64,000 bases of DNA from the NCBI GenBank assembly GCA_965219085.1, contig OZ244720.1, positions 1,760,001 to 1,824,000 on the forward strand, in the 5' to 3' direction. Every line of letters begins with the position of its first letter. Positions within the stretch are counted from its first letter, which is position 1. The notes beneath the pieces were generated by a model that was not told the DNA's origin, did no database searches, and saw only the letters and a list, made by a program, of their open reading frames with translations. The position numbers and the translations under genes were made by a program. Positions 30,025 through 40,050 of this stretch are shown piece after piece. The stretch comes from Dehalococcoidia bacterium (GTDB lineage Bacteria > Chloroflexota > Dehalococcoidia > UBA2979).

Positions 30025-30702
30025 CTATGGCTCCCGGAGGATGCCCAGCCGCATGGCGGTGAGGACGGCTTCCAGCTTGGTTCTGGCGTCGAGCTTCCTG
30101 CGGAAGTGGCGGACGTGATTGCGCACGGTGTGCGGGCTGATGCCGAGCTGGTCGGCTATCTGTTGCGTTCCCCGACCCGAGGCGACCAGGCGCAGCACTT
30201 CCAGTTCCCTGGGGGCGAGCTTCACCGCGTCGGCCGTTCCCGGCGGGACAGGCGGATGGTCGGAAATGACCTCGGCTCCCTGGTCGCGGAGCTCACTTCG
30301 CAGTGATTCGGCTGAGTGCTCCGCCGTGGCTTCCGCACGATCGTCAAGCACGTGTACGAGTAGCGGAGCGTCGTGGTCCGCGCTGGCCACCACCATCGGG
30401 GTGAGGAACACGGCTTTGCGCTCACCCGACGCGCTGAGCATCCGCATGCTGACCGCGTTGGGAATCTGCCCGCTGCGCAGGGCGCGGATCGACGGACAGC
30501 CCTCCAGACACGACGGAGTCAGGGCCCCGGGCCGTACCCCGGCGAACACGTCGTAGCAGCGGCGGCCGATCACATCGTCCGGCGAGTGACCCAGCATCCG
30601 CGCCGCGGCCCGGTTCCAGAGCACCACGGTCTGGTCCGCGGAGACAGCGTACGCGGCGACGTCTGCCTCTTCCAGCGCCGCGAAGATGGCCTGTGTGGTC
30701 AA
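30025..30702 (-). CDS. PAS-domain LuxR/NarL-type HTH regulator
   Basis: WNRAAARMLG..VIGRRCY PAS; LAPRELEVLRLVASG..IADQLGISPHTVRNHV; TTG start 9 nt after GGAGG. Confidence 0.85.
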   Translation of the reverse strand: MTTQAIFAALEEADVAAYAVSADQTVVLWNRAAARMLGHSPDDVIGRRCYDVFAGVRPGALTPSCLEGCPSIRALRSGQIPNAVSMRMLSASGERKAVFLTPMVVASADHDAPLLVHVLDDRAEATAEHSAESLRSELRDQGAEVISDHPPVPPGTADAVKLAPRELEVLRLVASGRGTQQIADQLGISPHTVRNHVRHFRRKLDARTKLEAVLTAMRLGILREP

Positions 30703-31064
30703 GACGTTCAACCTCCGGACGTTCTCGGCTGCCGAGACGCGCTCTTGAGCGGTGTCCGCCCGCGGGCGAACCTCCCCCGCTCGTGAGCAGCGCCACCACC
30801 GAGCCGAATCGAATCCCCGGTCACCCCGCCAGTGGGATGCATGCGGGCCGTATCGCACGAACGTGGCTATTCTATTCCGAATACCGGTTCGCGACAGTCC
30901 GCTTGTTAGCACCATGATTGTGATAAGTGACCACCTACCCTGTTGGTCTCTTCGTGGCCTCTCACTGGCTGCCCCAGGCGCGCGCTATCGCTTGCGTACG
31001 CGATGGGCGGGCGTGTTTCCGCACAATGTGGACAGTCAACGAAGCCTGCATGGGTCGGGATTGA

Positions 31065-31919
31065 CTACGCGTCGAGGAAGTCGAGGACGATCCGGGCGAA
31101 GCGCTCCGGGTTGTCGTTGATGTTGAGCAGACTCTGGCTCTCCGGCCGCATCCCGGTCGCGTGGGGGACGCCCTCAACGAAGCGCTCGTGCTGTTCGGCG
31201 AGCGGCGAGCCCGAGCCGTGCAGCACCAGGGTGCGCGCGCGGATGCGCGGGAGGGCGGCCCAGTAGTCGTAGTGCAGCATGCCGTAGCCCGCCGACCCCT
31301 CCCACCCGGCATCGCCGTAGAGCTCCTGTACGCCCTCGTCCGAGTTGATCTTGAGGTGCTCGACCACCGTCTCCATGACGCGATACAGATCGGCGCCGGG
31401 CGCGTCGCCCCCGTGGCGCTGCCAGATCTCGAGCAGGTGTCCGCCATCGGGTCGCAGCGGCGCGAAGTGGTGCGCGCGATGCAGCCGCGCGCGGCCATCC
31501 TCGGTCGCGCCGTAGTTGAAGACCTCCTGCACCACCATCGAGCCGATCCGGTCTGGATGGTTCGCCGCGAGCGCGATGGCGACCGCGGACCCGGTGTGCG
31601 TCGCGAAGACGTCGGTGCGCTCGATGTCGAGACCGTCGAGGAGCCAGACGGCGGCCAGCGCGAATTCGTCGAGGCTGGTGTAGGGCGTCGGCGGCCGGTC
31701 GGAGTCGCCGCACGCCGGCATGGTCCAGGCGACGGTGCGGCGCTCCTGCGAGAGCCGCTCCAGGTGCGGGAGGTACATGCGGGAGGATTGCGGCAGGGCA
31801 TGCAGCAGCAGGAGCGGGGACTTGCCGCCCTCTCGCTGCGGACCGGCCTCGCGGTACTCGATGTGGCCGTCGGGACCGAGCACGAAGCCGCGCCGCACCT
31901 GCACGCCTGTCGCCGCCAT
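31065..31919 (-). CDS. Alpha/beta hydrolase fold protein with non-canonical nucleophile elbow
   Basis: LLLLHAL, PACGDSDRP, ATHTGS in place of GxSxG. Confidence 0.7.
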   Translation of the reverse strand: MAATGVQVRRGFVLGPDGHIEYREAGPQREGGKSPLLLLHALPQSSRMYLPHLERLSQERRTVAWTMPACGDSDRPPTPYTSLDEFALAAVWLLDGLDIERTDVFATHTGSAVAIALAANHPDRIGSMVVQEVFNYGATEDGRARLHRAHHFAPLRPDGGHLLEIWQRHGGDAPGADLYRVMETVVEHLKINSDEGVQELYGDAGWEGSAGYGMLHYDYWAALPRIRARTLVLHGSGSPLAEQHERFVEGVPHATGMRPESQSLLNINDNPERFARIVLDFLDA

Positions 31920-32068
31920 CTCGTCACCCCCGCCGTCGTCGATACCTCGCCCGCCCCAGGGCGTCCTGTGGGTGCGGCGGGACGGTAGCACAGCGGCTCA
32001 CCGGAGGATCGGACCGAGCGGAGGCCCGGTGCTGCGCCGCGGCGCTTCCCGCCTCACGCGCCCGGTCG

Positions 32069-33952
32069 TCACCGTTCGAGGAAGGCCAACTCTTCCTCCA
32101 CCAGCGAGACGACCAGATCGTCGAGCTGTTCCACGGTGTAGCGGCTGACGTTGTGGGGCGTCGCGCCTCCCGCGCCGTACACGATGAAGATGAAGCGGCC
32201 CATCGTGTGCTGGGCGATCTGGCGGAAGACGTACTCGCCCTGCTGATCCAGCCCGCTGGAGGCGATGGAGAAGATCTTGATGCCCCGCCGGTGGGCTTCG
32301 ATCATCTCGTCGGCGTAGCTGTAGTCATCCTCGTAGTCCAGGTGGGGCGGGGCGTCGGCGATCAGGAAGATCAGCCGTATCGCGTCCCCCTGCCGCCACT
32401 CGGGCTGGTGCACGGCCACATGCAGGGCCTCGTTGAGGGACTCGGGGTAGTCCCCTCCCCCCTCCGCGACCACGCCTCGAATCGTGTCGAGGAAGCGTTG
32501 CGCGTCCGGCTCGAAGTCGTACACGCGGGTCACGAACGCATCGCCGCGGTCACGGTAGGCGACCATCCCGAAGCGCAGGTCGGGTTGCGACGGCAGTGCA
32601 TTGATCCGTGACGAGATGGAAAGCAGGGTGTCCTTCACCTGCTCGATCTCGTCGGCCATGCTGCCCGTCGCGTCGAGCAGGAACAGGATGTCGAGCGGCA
32701 CGCCGCCGTCGGCGACGGACTGTTCCGCGTCGAGCGTGACGTTCCAATGCCGCTCCCCTCCGCGGGCGAACTCAAGCTGCCGGCTGGCCTCGTCCTGCTC
32801 GACGTGCAGGGTGAAGGACTCGGCGCCCTCGCTGCCGGCGAAGGCCAGGGGGAAGAAGAGCGTCTGGCCGTTCGCGTACGTGCGACTCTCGAACAGCGCG
32901 GTTTCACCCGCGGAGACCCGGACCCGGGCGTTGTGCACGGGCTGGCCGGCTGCGTCGGTGACCGTGATCACGTATCGCTCCGAGACATCCACGTCATGGA
33001 CAGGGGCGCCCGAGTACTGCCGTCGATACAGCAGGTACTCGTCCCAGAGCTCGTTGTCGTTGACCTCGCCGGCGGAGAGGGCGGGCCGTCTGCTCTCGCG
33101 CCCACCGTCCGAGCGCGCGGAGGACGAACTGGACTCCGCGTCGTCGGCGTCCTCGGCGGCCATGCCGTCGTAGTCCGCCTCGTCGCTGTCGCCGCCCACG
33201 CCGACGCCGACGTCCGTCGCTTCGTACTCGGCGTCGTCGCCGCCCTTGCCGGTGCCGTCGTCCATCGCGTCGTAGTCGGCGTCGTCACCGCCCATGCCAT
33301 CGCCCTCGTCCGGGGCGTCGTAGGCCGAGTCGGCCTCGGCTGCCGCCTCGCCCTCGGGCGCCAAGGAAGCGCTGGAACTGGATGTCGCAGCGGTCGTGTC
33401 CGCGCGCGCGGGCTCGGGCTCGGGCACGGGCTCGGGCGTGGCGCTGTGCTCGGGCACGACGGCGGGCACCGGCGTCGCGGTGGGTGTGGGGAGCGGCACG
33501 GACGTTGCGGTGGGGCGGGCAGGCACAGGGGTCGCGGTGGCAATGGGCTCGGGTGTGGCGGTCGGCCGAGCAGTCGCCGGGGTCGCGGTCGCCGTAGCGG
33601 TCGGCTCGGGTGTTGAGGTGGGTGTCGCGGCCGTCGGGGTGGCCGTGGTGGTTGGCCTTGGTGTCGCGGTGGCCGTAGCCGTAGCCGTAGCCGTAGCCGT
33701 CGGGGTCGCGGTCGCGGTCGCGGTCGCGGTCGCGGTCGCGGTCGGGGTCGCGGTTGCGGTGGCGGTTGCGGTCGCGGTTGCGGTGGCAGTGGGCGCTGGC
33801 GGCGACGTGGCCGCGGTTTCTGCCACGACGGGCGTTGGATCGGCGTCGCCGTCCCGCTCATCGGCGCCGAAGCACGCGACCGCCGTCAGCGTGAGGAGCG
33901 GGATCGCGACGATCCACGCGAACGTGCGCCAGGTTCGCATCGGTAGTGGCAC
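32069..33952 (-). CDS. VWA-domain lipoprotein with Thr/Ala/Pro stalk and acidic repeats
   Basis: Lipobox AVAC, FLLDATGSM, GGGDYPE, IADAPPH; GTG start 6 nt after AAGGAG. Confidence 0.85.
   Translation of the reverse strand: MPLPMRTWRTFAWIVAIPLLTLTAVACFGADERDGDADPTPVVAETAATSPPAPTATATATATATATATPTATATATATATATPTATATATATATATPRPTTTATPTAATPTSTPEPTATATATPATARPTATPEPIATATPVPARPTATSVPLPTPTATPVPAVVPEHSATPEPVPEPEPARADTTAATSSSSASLAPEGEAAAEADSAYDAPDEGDGMGGDDADYDAMDDGTGKGGDDAEYEATDVGVGVGGDSDEADYDGMAAEDADDAESSSSSARSDGGRESRRPALSAGEVNDNELWDEYLLYRRQYSGAPVHDVDVSERYVITVTDAAGQPVHNARVRVSAGETALFESRTYANGQTLFFPLAFAGSEGAESFTLHVEQDEASRQLEFARGGERHWNVTLDAEQSVADGGVPLDILFLLDATGSMADEIEQVKDTLLSISSRINALPSQPDLRFGMVAYRDRGDAFVTRVYDFEPDAQRFLDTIRGVVAEGGGDYPESLNEALHVAVHQPEWRQGDAIRLIFLIADAPPHLDYEDDYSYADEMIEAHRRGIKIFSIASSGLDQQGEYVFRQIAQHTMGRFIFIVYGAGGATPHNVSRYTVEQLDDLVVSLVEEELAFLER
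33661..33790 (-). repeat. 6-bp (Thr-Ala)n coding microsatellites
   Basis: Runs of GCCGTA, GGTCGC and GCGGTT/GCGGTG on the + strand. Confidence 0.8.
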
Positions 33953-34301
33953 GTGCGACTCCTTCGCCGTGAGGGTAGCGTCCAAGCCGTCCCACTGAGA
34001 GATACGCGCTTCCCGCCGGGATCGTTCCACAACTGCCGATGCTCATCACGGGCGCTCGGGTGCGCTCTCCTTTGTGAAGGTCTCGACAAACTCTCTTACG
34101 GTGCTCGCCTCGATCCCCGTCGGGGTGATCTCGGCGGTGCGACAGGACACGGGGATTGGAGCGTGAACATGTTCGGTGACGCGCTGCGCGATGTCCGGAC
34201 CCGAGGCCGCGGGGAGCCGGCACGAACTAGACTGCGAGGCGGAAGCCGCCTCGGGCGACCCGGGTGACCGTGGTGTGCGACGGTGCGCACGGGGAGGAGC
34301 C

Positions 34302-35492
34302 ATGACGAACGAGAACGGCGGCCTGCCGCTCGAGGGCATCCGCGTCTGCGACTTCACGTGGATCGTCGCCGGACCGCAGGCGACACGCATCCTCGCCGAC
34401 ATGGGCGCCGACGTGATCAAGGTGGAGAACGAGGGCATCGCCGACGCGCTGCGCGCCGTCCCCGGCCTGCACAGCAACTTCCACCGCAACAAGCGCTCGA
34501 TCAACGTCAACATCCACCACCCCGACGGCCGCGAGGTCGTCGACCGCCTCATCCGCTGTTCTGACATCGTGATTGAGAACTTCAGCACCGGCACGCTCAC
34601 GCGCATGGGCTACCCGTACGAGCGGATCCAGGAGCTGAACCCCAACGTCATCTACCTTTCCCTCTCCGGCTACGGGCAGATCGGCCGCGACGCGATGTAC
34701 GGCACGTGGGGCCCGACGGCCCAGGGCGCCTCGGGTCTGACGGCGATGTCGAGCCTGCCCGGGCAGCCGCCCGCCGGCTGGGGCTACTCCTACCTCGACC
34801 ACACGGGCGGGTTCTACGGCGCGATCGCCGCGCTGATGGCGCTCTGGCGCCGCTCCCAGACCGGCGAGGGCCAGCACATCGACATGTCGCAGGTCGAGAC
34901 CGGCATGGTGCTCGCGGGCCTGCCGATGATCGACTCGCAGGTCAACGGCCGCCCGTACGAGGCGATCGGGAACCGCTCGCGGTGGCCCGCGGTCGCGCCG
35001 CACGGCATCTACCGCTGTGCCCGCGACGACCGCTGGATCGCCATCGCCGCCGAGGACGACGCGCAGTGGGCCGCGCTCTGCGCGGTGCTCGGCCTCGACG
35101 CCGCCGACGCGCGCTTCGCCACCGCTGAGGCGCGCCTCGACGCGCAGGACGATCTCGACGCCGCCATCGAGGCGGTGACGCGCGGCCGCAGCGCCGAGGA
35201 GCTCGCGGCACAACTCGTCGAACGCGGCGTCCCGGCGGGCGTCTGCCAGACCGCCGAGGACCGCCTCGAACACGACCCGCAGCTCGCCGACCGCGGCTTC
35301 TACCCGCGCGCCGACCACCCGTCGCTCGGCGAACACCGTTTCGAGGGGCTGCCGATGCGCTTCGACGGCGAGCGGCCGGGGGTGCGCGCCGCCGGGCCGG
35401 ACCTCGGCGGCGACCGCGAGAGCGTGCTGCGCGACCTGCTCGGCTTCACCGACGACGAGATCGCGCGGATGCTCGCAGAGGCGGCGATCTGA
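34302..35492 (+). CDS. Class III CoA-transferase (CaiB/BaiF), catalytic-type subunit
   Basis: LEGIRVCDFT..AGP..GADVIKVE, NKRS, ENFS, catalytic Asp in YLDHTGG; RBS GGAGG. Confidence 0.9.
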   Translation: MTNENGGLPLEGIRVCDFTWIVAGPQATRILADMGADVIKVENEGIADALRAVPGLHSNFHRNKRSINVNIHHPDGREVVDRLIRCSDIVIENFSTGTLTRMGYPYERIQELNPNVIYLSLSGYGQIGRDAMYGTWGPTAQGASGLTAMSSLPGQPPAGWGYSYLDHTGGFYGAIAALMALWRRSQTGEGQHIDMSQVETGMVLAGLPMIDSQVNGRPYEAIGNRSRWPAVAPHGIYRCARDDRWIAIAAEDDAQWAALCAVLGLDAADARFATAEARLDAQDDLDAAIEAVTRGRSAEELAAQLVERGVPAGVCQTAEDRLEHDPQLADRGFYPRADHPSLGEHRFEGLPMRFDGERPGVRAAGPDLGGDRESVLRDLLGFTDDEIARMLAEAAI

Positions 35493-36775
35493 TGCCCGGC
35501 CCCATGACCGGCGTGCGCGTCGTCGAGGTGGGCGACCTCGGCGAGGTGGCGGGCAAGCTGCTCGCCGACGCGGGCGCCGACGTGATCCGCGTCGAGCCGC
35601 CACGGGGGGCGCGCACGCGCCACACCGGCCCGTTCGTCGACGACCGCGCGGACCCGAACGCCTCCCTGCGCTACGCCTACCTCAACACCAACAAGCGCGG
35701 CGTCACGCCCGACCTCGCCGCGCCCGGCGCTGCCGACGTGTGGCGCCGGCTCATCGAGACCGCCGACGTGGTCATCGACGCGGCGGGGCCGGGCGTGCTC
35801 GATGCCCTCGGCGTGGGGCACGAGGCGGCCGGGGACCTGGAGCGGCTCGTGTGGTGCTCGATCACGCCGTTCGGGCTGACGGGGCCGTGGCGCGACCGAC
35901 CCACGAACGACCTCGTGAGCATCGCGCTTGGCGGCATCGCGATGATGAACGGCTACGACGACCACGAGCTGCCGCCCGTGCGACCCGACGGCGAGCACTC
36001 GCTCGCGATGGGCGGTGAGTACGCATCGATGGGCATCATCGCCGCGCTGCTCGAACGCGAGCGCACGGGCCGCGGCACGCACCTCGACGTCTCGATTCAC
36101 GAATGCGTGGCCGGGACGACCGAGGGCGCGTTCTGGAACTGGGAGTACAACGGGGTCAACCCGGAGCGGAAGACCGGACGCCACGCCGGCACGGTCGAGG
36201 AGTGGCAGATGGCCTCCGACGAGGGCGGCTACGTCGTCGTCTTCGGCGGTGGCGTGCCGCGCTCGCGCAACTCGCTGCGCGCTCTGCTCGCCTGGATGGA
36301 CGAGCACGACGCCGCCGGCGACCTGCACGACCCCCGGTACGAGGAGCTGCTGACCACTTCGCCGCTCGAGGCGGGCGAGCTGCGGGCGGAGTTCGGCCAG
36401 ACGGTGATGGCGTTCCTGCGCTCGCGCCCGGTGGACGAGGTCTACCGGCGCGGGCAGGCGATCGACATGGCTTGGGCGCCGGTGCGCGCACCCGAGGACA
36501 ACCTCGACGACCCGCACTGGGCGGACCGCGAGTTCTTCGTCGAGGGCGAGGCGCCCGGCTTCGACGGCACGATCCGCTACCCGCGCGCCGGTTACAAGTT
36601 CACGCGCACGCCGGTCGAGATGCGCCGTCGCGCGCCGCTGCTCGGTGAGCACAACAGCGAGGTGTTCGAGGGCGAACTCGGCCTGAGCGCCGCCGAGGTC
36701 GCCGCCGTCACGGGCCTCGCGGGAGACCAGGGGGGCGGCCCAGCACCGATCGGCTGCCCGGGAGGATCACCATGA
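35492..36775 (+). CDS. Class III CoA-transferase, BbsE-like subunit lacking the catalytic Asp
   Basis: GADVIRVEPPRG, NTNKRG, SITPFG, APLLGEH; TGATG coupling to the previous gene. Confidence 0.85.
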   Translation: MPGPMTGVRVVEVGDLGEVAGKLLADAGADVIRVEPPRGARTRHTGPFVDDRADPNASLRYAYLNTNKRGVTPDLAAPGAADVWRRLIETADVVIDAAGPGVLDALGVGHEAAGDLERLVWCSITPFGLTGPWRDRPTNDLVSIALGGIAMMNGYDDHELPPVRPDGEHSLAMGGEYASMGIIAALLERERTGRGTHLDVSIHECVAGTTEGAFWNWEYNGVNPERKTGRHAGTVEEWQMASDEGGYVVVFGGGVPRSRNSLRALLAWMDEHDAAGDLHDPRYEELLTTSPLEAGELRAEFGQTVMAFLRSRPVDEVYRRGQAIDMAWAPVRAPEDNLDDPHWADREFFVEGEAPGFDGTIRYPRAGYKFTRTPVEMRRRAPLLGEHNSEVFEGELGLSAAEVAAVTGLAGDQGGGPAPIGCPGGSP

Positions 36776-39393
36776 CCAAGCGGCCACTCGAGGGCGTACG
36801 CGTACTGGACTTCACGTGGGTGCGCGCCGGGCCGTGGGCCACGCGCTGGCTGTCCGTGATGGGCGCCGAGGTGATCAAGGTCGAATGGCCGGACCCGCGG
36901 CTCGCCTTCACGGGCCGCACGGGCAGCCTCGGCGACGCGAGCGCGGGCCCGAACTCGAACGGCCACTTCAACGACCAGAACGCCGAGAAGCTGAGCATCA
37001 CCATCAACGTGCGCAGCCCGAAGGGCCTGCAGATCATCAAGGACCTGCTGCGCTCGACGGACATCGTGATCGAGAACTTCAGCGCCGGCGTGCTGCGCGA
37101 CTGGGGCCTCTCCTTCGACGAGATGCGCGCGATCAAGCCCGACCTCATCTACGTCTCGATGGCCGGCTTCGGCCAGACGGGGCCGCACGCGCACTACACG
37201 ACGTTCGGACCCTCGGCGCAGGCGCTGTCTGGCCTGACGTTCCTGTCGGGGCTGCCCGACGCGCCGCCCGCCGGGTGGGGCTGGTCGTACATGGACGACA
37301 CCGGCGGCATGCACGGCGCGATTGCCGCGCTGACCGCGCTTCACCACAGGCGCGCCACCGGCGAGGGCCAGCACGTCGACCTCTCGCAGGTCGCGACCGG
37401 CATGACGCTGACCGGCCCGGCGCTCCTCGACCTCAGCGCCAACGGGCGGGGGTCGAGGCGATCCGGCTACCCGCCGGGCAACCGCACGCACTGGCCGGGC
37501 AGCGAGCTGCTCAACAACTACCGCGGCCGCCACGCAGCGCCGCACAACGCCTACCGCACCCTGGGCGATGGACACCACGACTGGGCCGTCATCGCCTGCT
37601 TCTCCGACGAGGAGTGGCGCACCCTCGTCGACGTCATGGGCTCGCCCGAGTGGGCGACCGCCCCGCAGTTCGACACGCTGCGGGGTCGCCTCGCGCACCA
37701 GCTCGAGATCGACGAGGGCATCGCCGCGTGGGCGGCGACCATCGAGAAGTACGAGCTGGCCGACCGCTGCCAGGCGGCAGGCGTGCGCGCCGCGCCGGTG
37801 CAGAGCAACCAGGACCGCGTCGAGCACGACCCGCAGCTGCGCCACCGGGGGATGTTCGAGCCGGTGCTGCATCCTGTCATCGGCGAGCACGCGATGCAGC
37901 AGGCGCCGTTCAAGCTCTCAGCGACGCCGGTGCCGGTGGAGACGGGGGGGCCGCTGCTCGGAGCGGACAACGTCCCGATCCTCGGCGGCATGCTCGGCAT
38001 GACGTGGGACGAGATCGCCGGCGGTTACGAGGACGGCACGCTCTGGCCCGCGGGCCAGCCGGTCGAGCGCTACCTGCTGGAGCCGCCGGCGCAGATGCCG
38101 CCACCGCACGTCGAGGATCCACTCCCACCGGTGACGGTCGAGCGTCGCCACTCCGGCGGCGCCCTCGGCGACCTGCGCGTGATCGAGATTGGGGGCGAGA
38201 TCGGCGAGTGGGCCGCGAAGCTCATGGCCGACCAGGGCGCCGACGTGATCAAGATCGAGCCTCCCCGCGGCTCAGCCGAGCGCGAGATCGGCCCGTTCTA
38301 CGAGGACGTGCCGGACGCCGAGCGCAGCCTCCACTTCTGGCACTACAACACCAGCAAGCGCGGTATCACCCTGGACGTGACGACCGAGGACGGCCGCGCC
38401 CTGTTCCGCCGCCTCGTCGCCAGCGCGGACGTGCTCATCGACTCGCTGCCGCTCGGCGAGCTCGACTCGCTCGGGCTCGGGTACGAGGCGCTGAGCGCCG
38501 GCAACCCGGGCCTCATCATGTGCTCGATCACGCCGTTCGGGCAGAGCGGGCCGTGGACCGGCTGGCGCACCTCGGACCTCATCCAGCTCGCCGTAGGCGG
38601 GCAGATGGGGGAGTGTGGCTACGACGAGGTGGACGTGCCCGGACGCCCGCCGATCGCGCCCGGCGGCGGCAACGCCTGGCACATCGGCAGTCACTACGCC
38701 TACATCGCGATCATGGGCGCGGTGTTCCACCGCGGCGTCACCGGCGAGGGCCAGTTCATCGACGCCTCCGTCCACGATGCCTGCGCGCTCACGACCGAGG
38801 GCGGCGTGACGGAGTGGATCTACGGTCGGACGGTGCGCCAGCGACAGACCGGCCGCCACGCGTCGTCGAGGCCCACGCCGCCCTCGCAGTACCGCTGCGC
38901 CGACGGCATCTACGTGAACACGCTGGCGTTCCCGCTGCTCATGAACCCGGCGGGCATCCGCCGCCTCGCCGAGTGGTTCGACGCGCACGGCCTCGCCGAC
39001 GACCTGCTCGACGACAAGTACGCCGACCCGGAGGTCATCGCGGCGAACGAGCAGCACGTGAAGGACGTGCTGCGCGAGTTCATCGCCTCGCAGCCCTCGG
39101 AGACCGTCTACCACGAGGGCCAGAACCGCGGCTTCTCGATGGGCCCGGTGCGCGCACCCGAGGAGGTGATGGCGGACCAGCACTTCCACGAGCGCGGCTT
39201 CTTCGTCGAGGTCGACCACCCCGACATCGGCCGCACGCTCACGTACCCGGGCGCGCAGGCCGTCTACGGCGCGTCGCCGTGGCGCATCCAGCGCCGCGCG
39301 CCGCACATCGGCGAGCACAACGCCGAGGTCTACGGCGACCTCGGCCTCTCCACGCTGGAGCTGGCGGCGCTGCGCGAGGGCGGGGTGCTGTAG
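36772..39393 (+). CDS. Fused two-domain class III CoA-transferase
   Basis: N-half contains YMDDTGG; C-half contains GADVIKIEPP/NTSKRG/SITPFG; ATGA overlap with the previous gene. Confidence 0.9.
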   Translation: MTKRPLEGVRVLDFTWVRAGPWATRWLSVMGAEVIKVEWPDPRLAFTGRTGSLGDASAGPNSNGHFNDQNAEKLSITINVRSPKGLQIIKDLLRSTDIVIENFSAGVLRDWGLSFDEMRAIKPDLIYVSMAGFGQTGPHAHYTTFGPSAQALSGLTFLSGLPDAPPAGWGWSYMDDTGGMHGAIAALTALHHRRATGEGQHVDLSQVATGMTLTGPALLDLSANGRGSRRSGYPPGNRTHWPGSELLNNYRGRHAAPHNAYRTLGDGHHDWAVIACFSDEEWRTLVDVMGSPEWATAPQFDTLRGRLAHQLEIDEGIAAWAATIEKYELADRCQAAGVRAAPVQSNQDRVEHDPQLRHRGMFEPVLHPVIGEHAMQQAPFKLSATPVPVETGGPLLGADNVPILGGMLGMTWDEIAGGYEDGTLWPAGQPVERYLLEPPAQMPPPHVEDPLPPVTVERRHSGGALGDLRVIEIGGEIGEWAAKLMADQGADVIKIEPPRGSAEREIGPFYEDVPDAERSLHFWHYNTSKRGITLDVTTEDGRALFRRLVASADVLIDSLPLGELDSLGLGYEALSAGNPGLIMCSITPFGQSGPWTGWRTSDLIQLAVGGQMGECGYDEVDVPGRPPIAPGGGNAWHIGSHYAYIAIMGAVFHRGVTGEGQFIDASVHDACALTTEGGVTEWIYGRTVRQRQTGRHASSRPTPPSQYRCADGIYVNTLAFPLLMNPAGIRRLAEWFDAHGLADDLLDDKYADPEVIAANEQHVKDVLREFIASQPSETVYHEGQNRGFSMGPVRAPEEVMADQHFHERGFFVEVDHPDIGRTLTYPGAQAVYGASPWRIQRRAPHIGEHNAEVYGDLGLSTLELAALREGGVL

Positions 39394-40050
39394 CAGGGTG
39401 CTGAAAAAGGCGCGGCCATCTGGCAGGATAGCGAAGGCGGCGGGGGCGTAGCCTGGGAGGCAGCCCCGTGCGAGGCGACGCTGAGCGTCAGACCAACATG
39501 TTGCTGGCGGTGACGCCGGACTCCTTCATCCCGGACGACCACCCGATCCGACGCATCAAGCCGATCGTCGATGCAGCGCTGCAGCGGCTCTCGCCGCTCT
39601 TCGGCACGATGTACGCAACGAGCGGGCGGCCCTCGATCCCGCCCGAGCACCTGCTCAAGGCGAGCCTGCTGATCGCGCTCTACTCGATCCGCAGCGAGCG
39701 CCAGTTCTGCGAGCGGCTGCGCTACGACCTGCTCTTCAAGTGGTTCTTGGACCTCAACATCTCAGACGCGCCGTTCGACGCCTCGAGCTTCTCGAAGAAC
39801 CGCGAGCGCCTGCTCGCAGCCGATGTCGCGCGCGCCTTCTTCGCCGAGGTGGTGGCCGAGGCAAAGCGCCGCCGGCTGCTCTCGGCCGAGCACTTCACGG
39901 TGGACGGGACGCTGCTCGAGGCGTGGGCGTCGCTCAAGAGATGGCATGAGGGCCGGTCTCTTCCTCAAGGGGGATACTCGCCCCCGAAACAGCGGCCTCG
40001 ATGGGCCAGAACGGCTCTTTGCGGAGCTTTGACGAGGTAGGAGACCGGCC

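Noticed and set aside
34165-34174. LexA box (GAACATGTTC)
   Set aside because: The spacer is 2 nt rather than the 4 nt of GAAC-N4-GTTC.
39939-40040. C-terminus RWHEGRSL.. of the 190-aa ORF 39468-40040, and the tails of ORFs 43139-43669 and 43537-45105
   Set aside because: These are read-through into inserted IS ends or past a frameshift, not real protein sequence.
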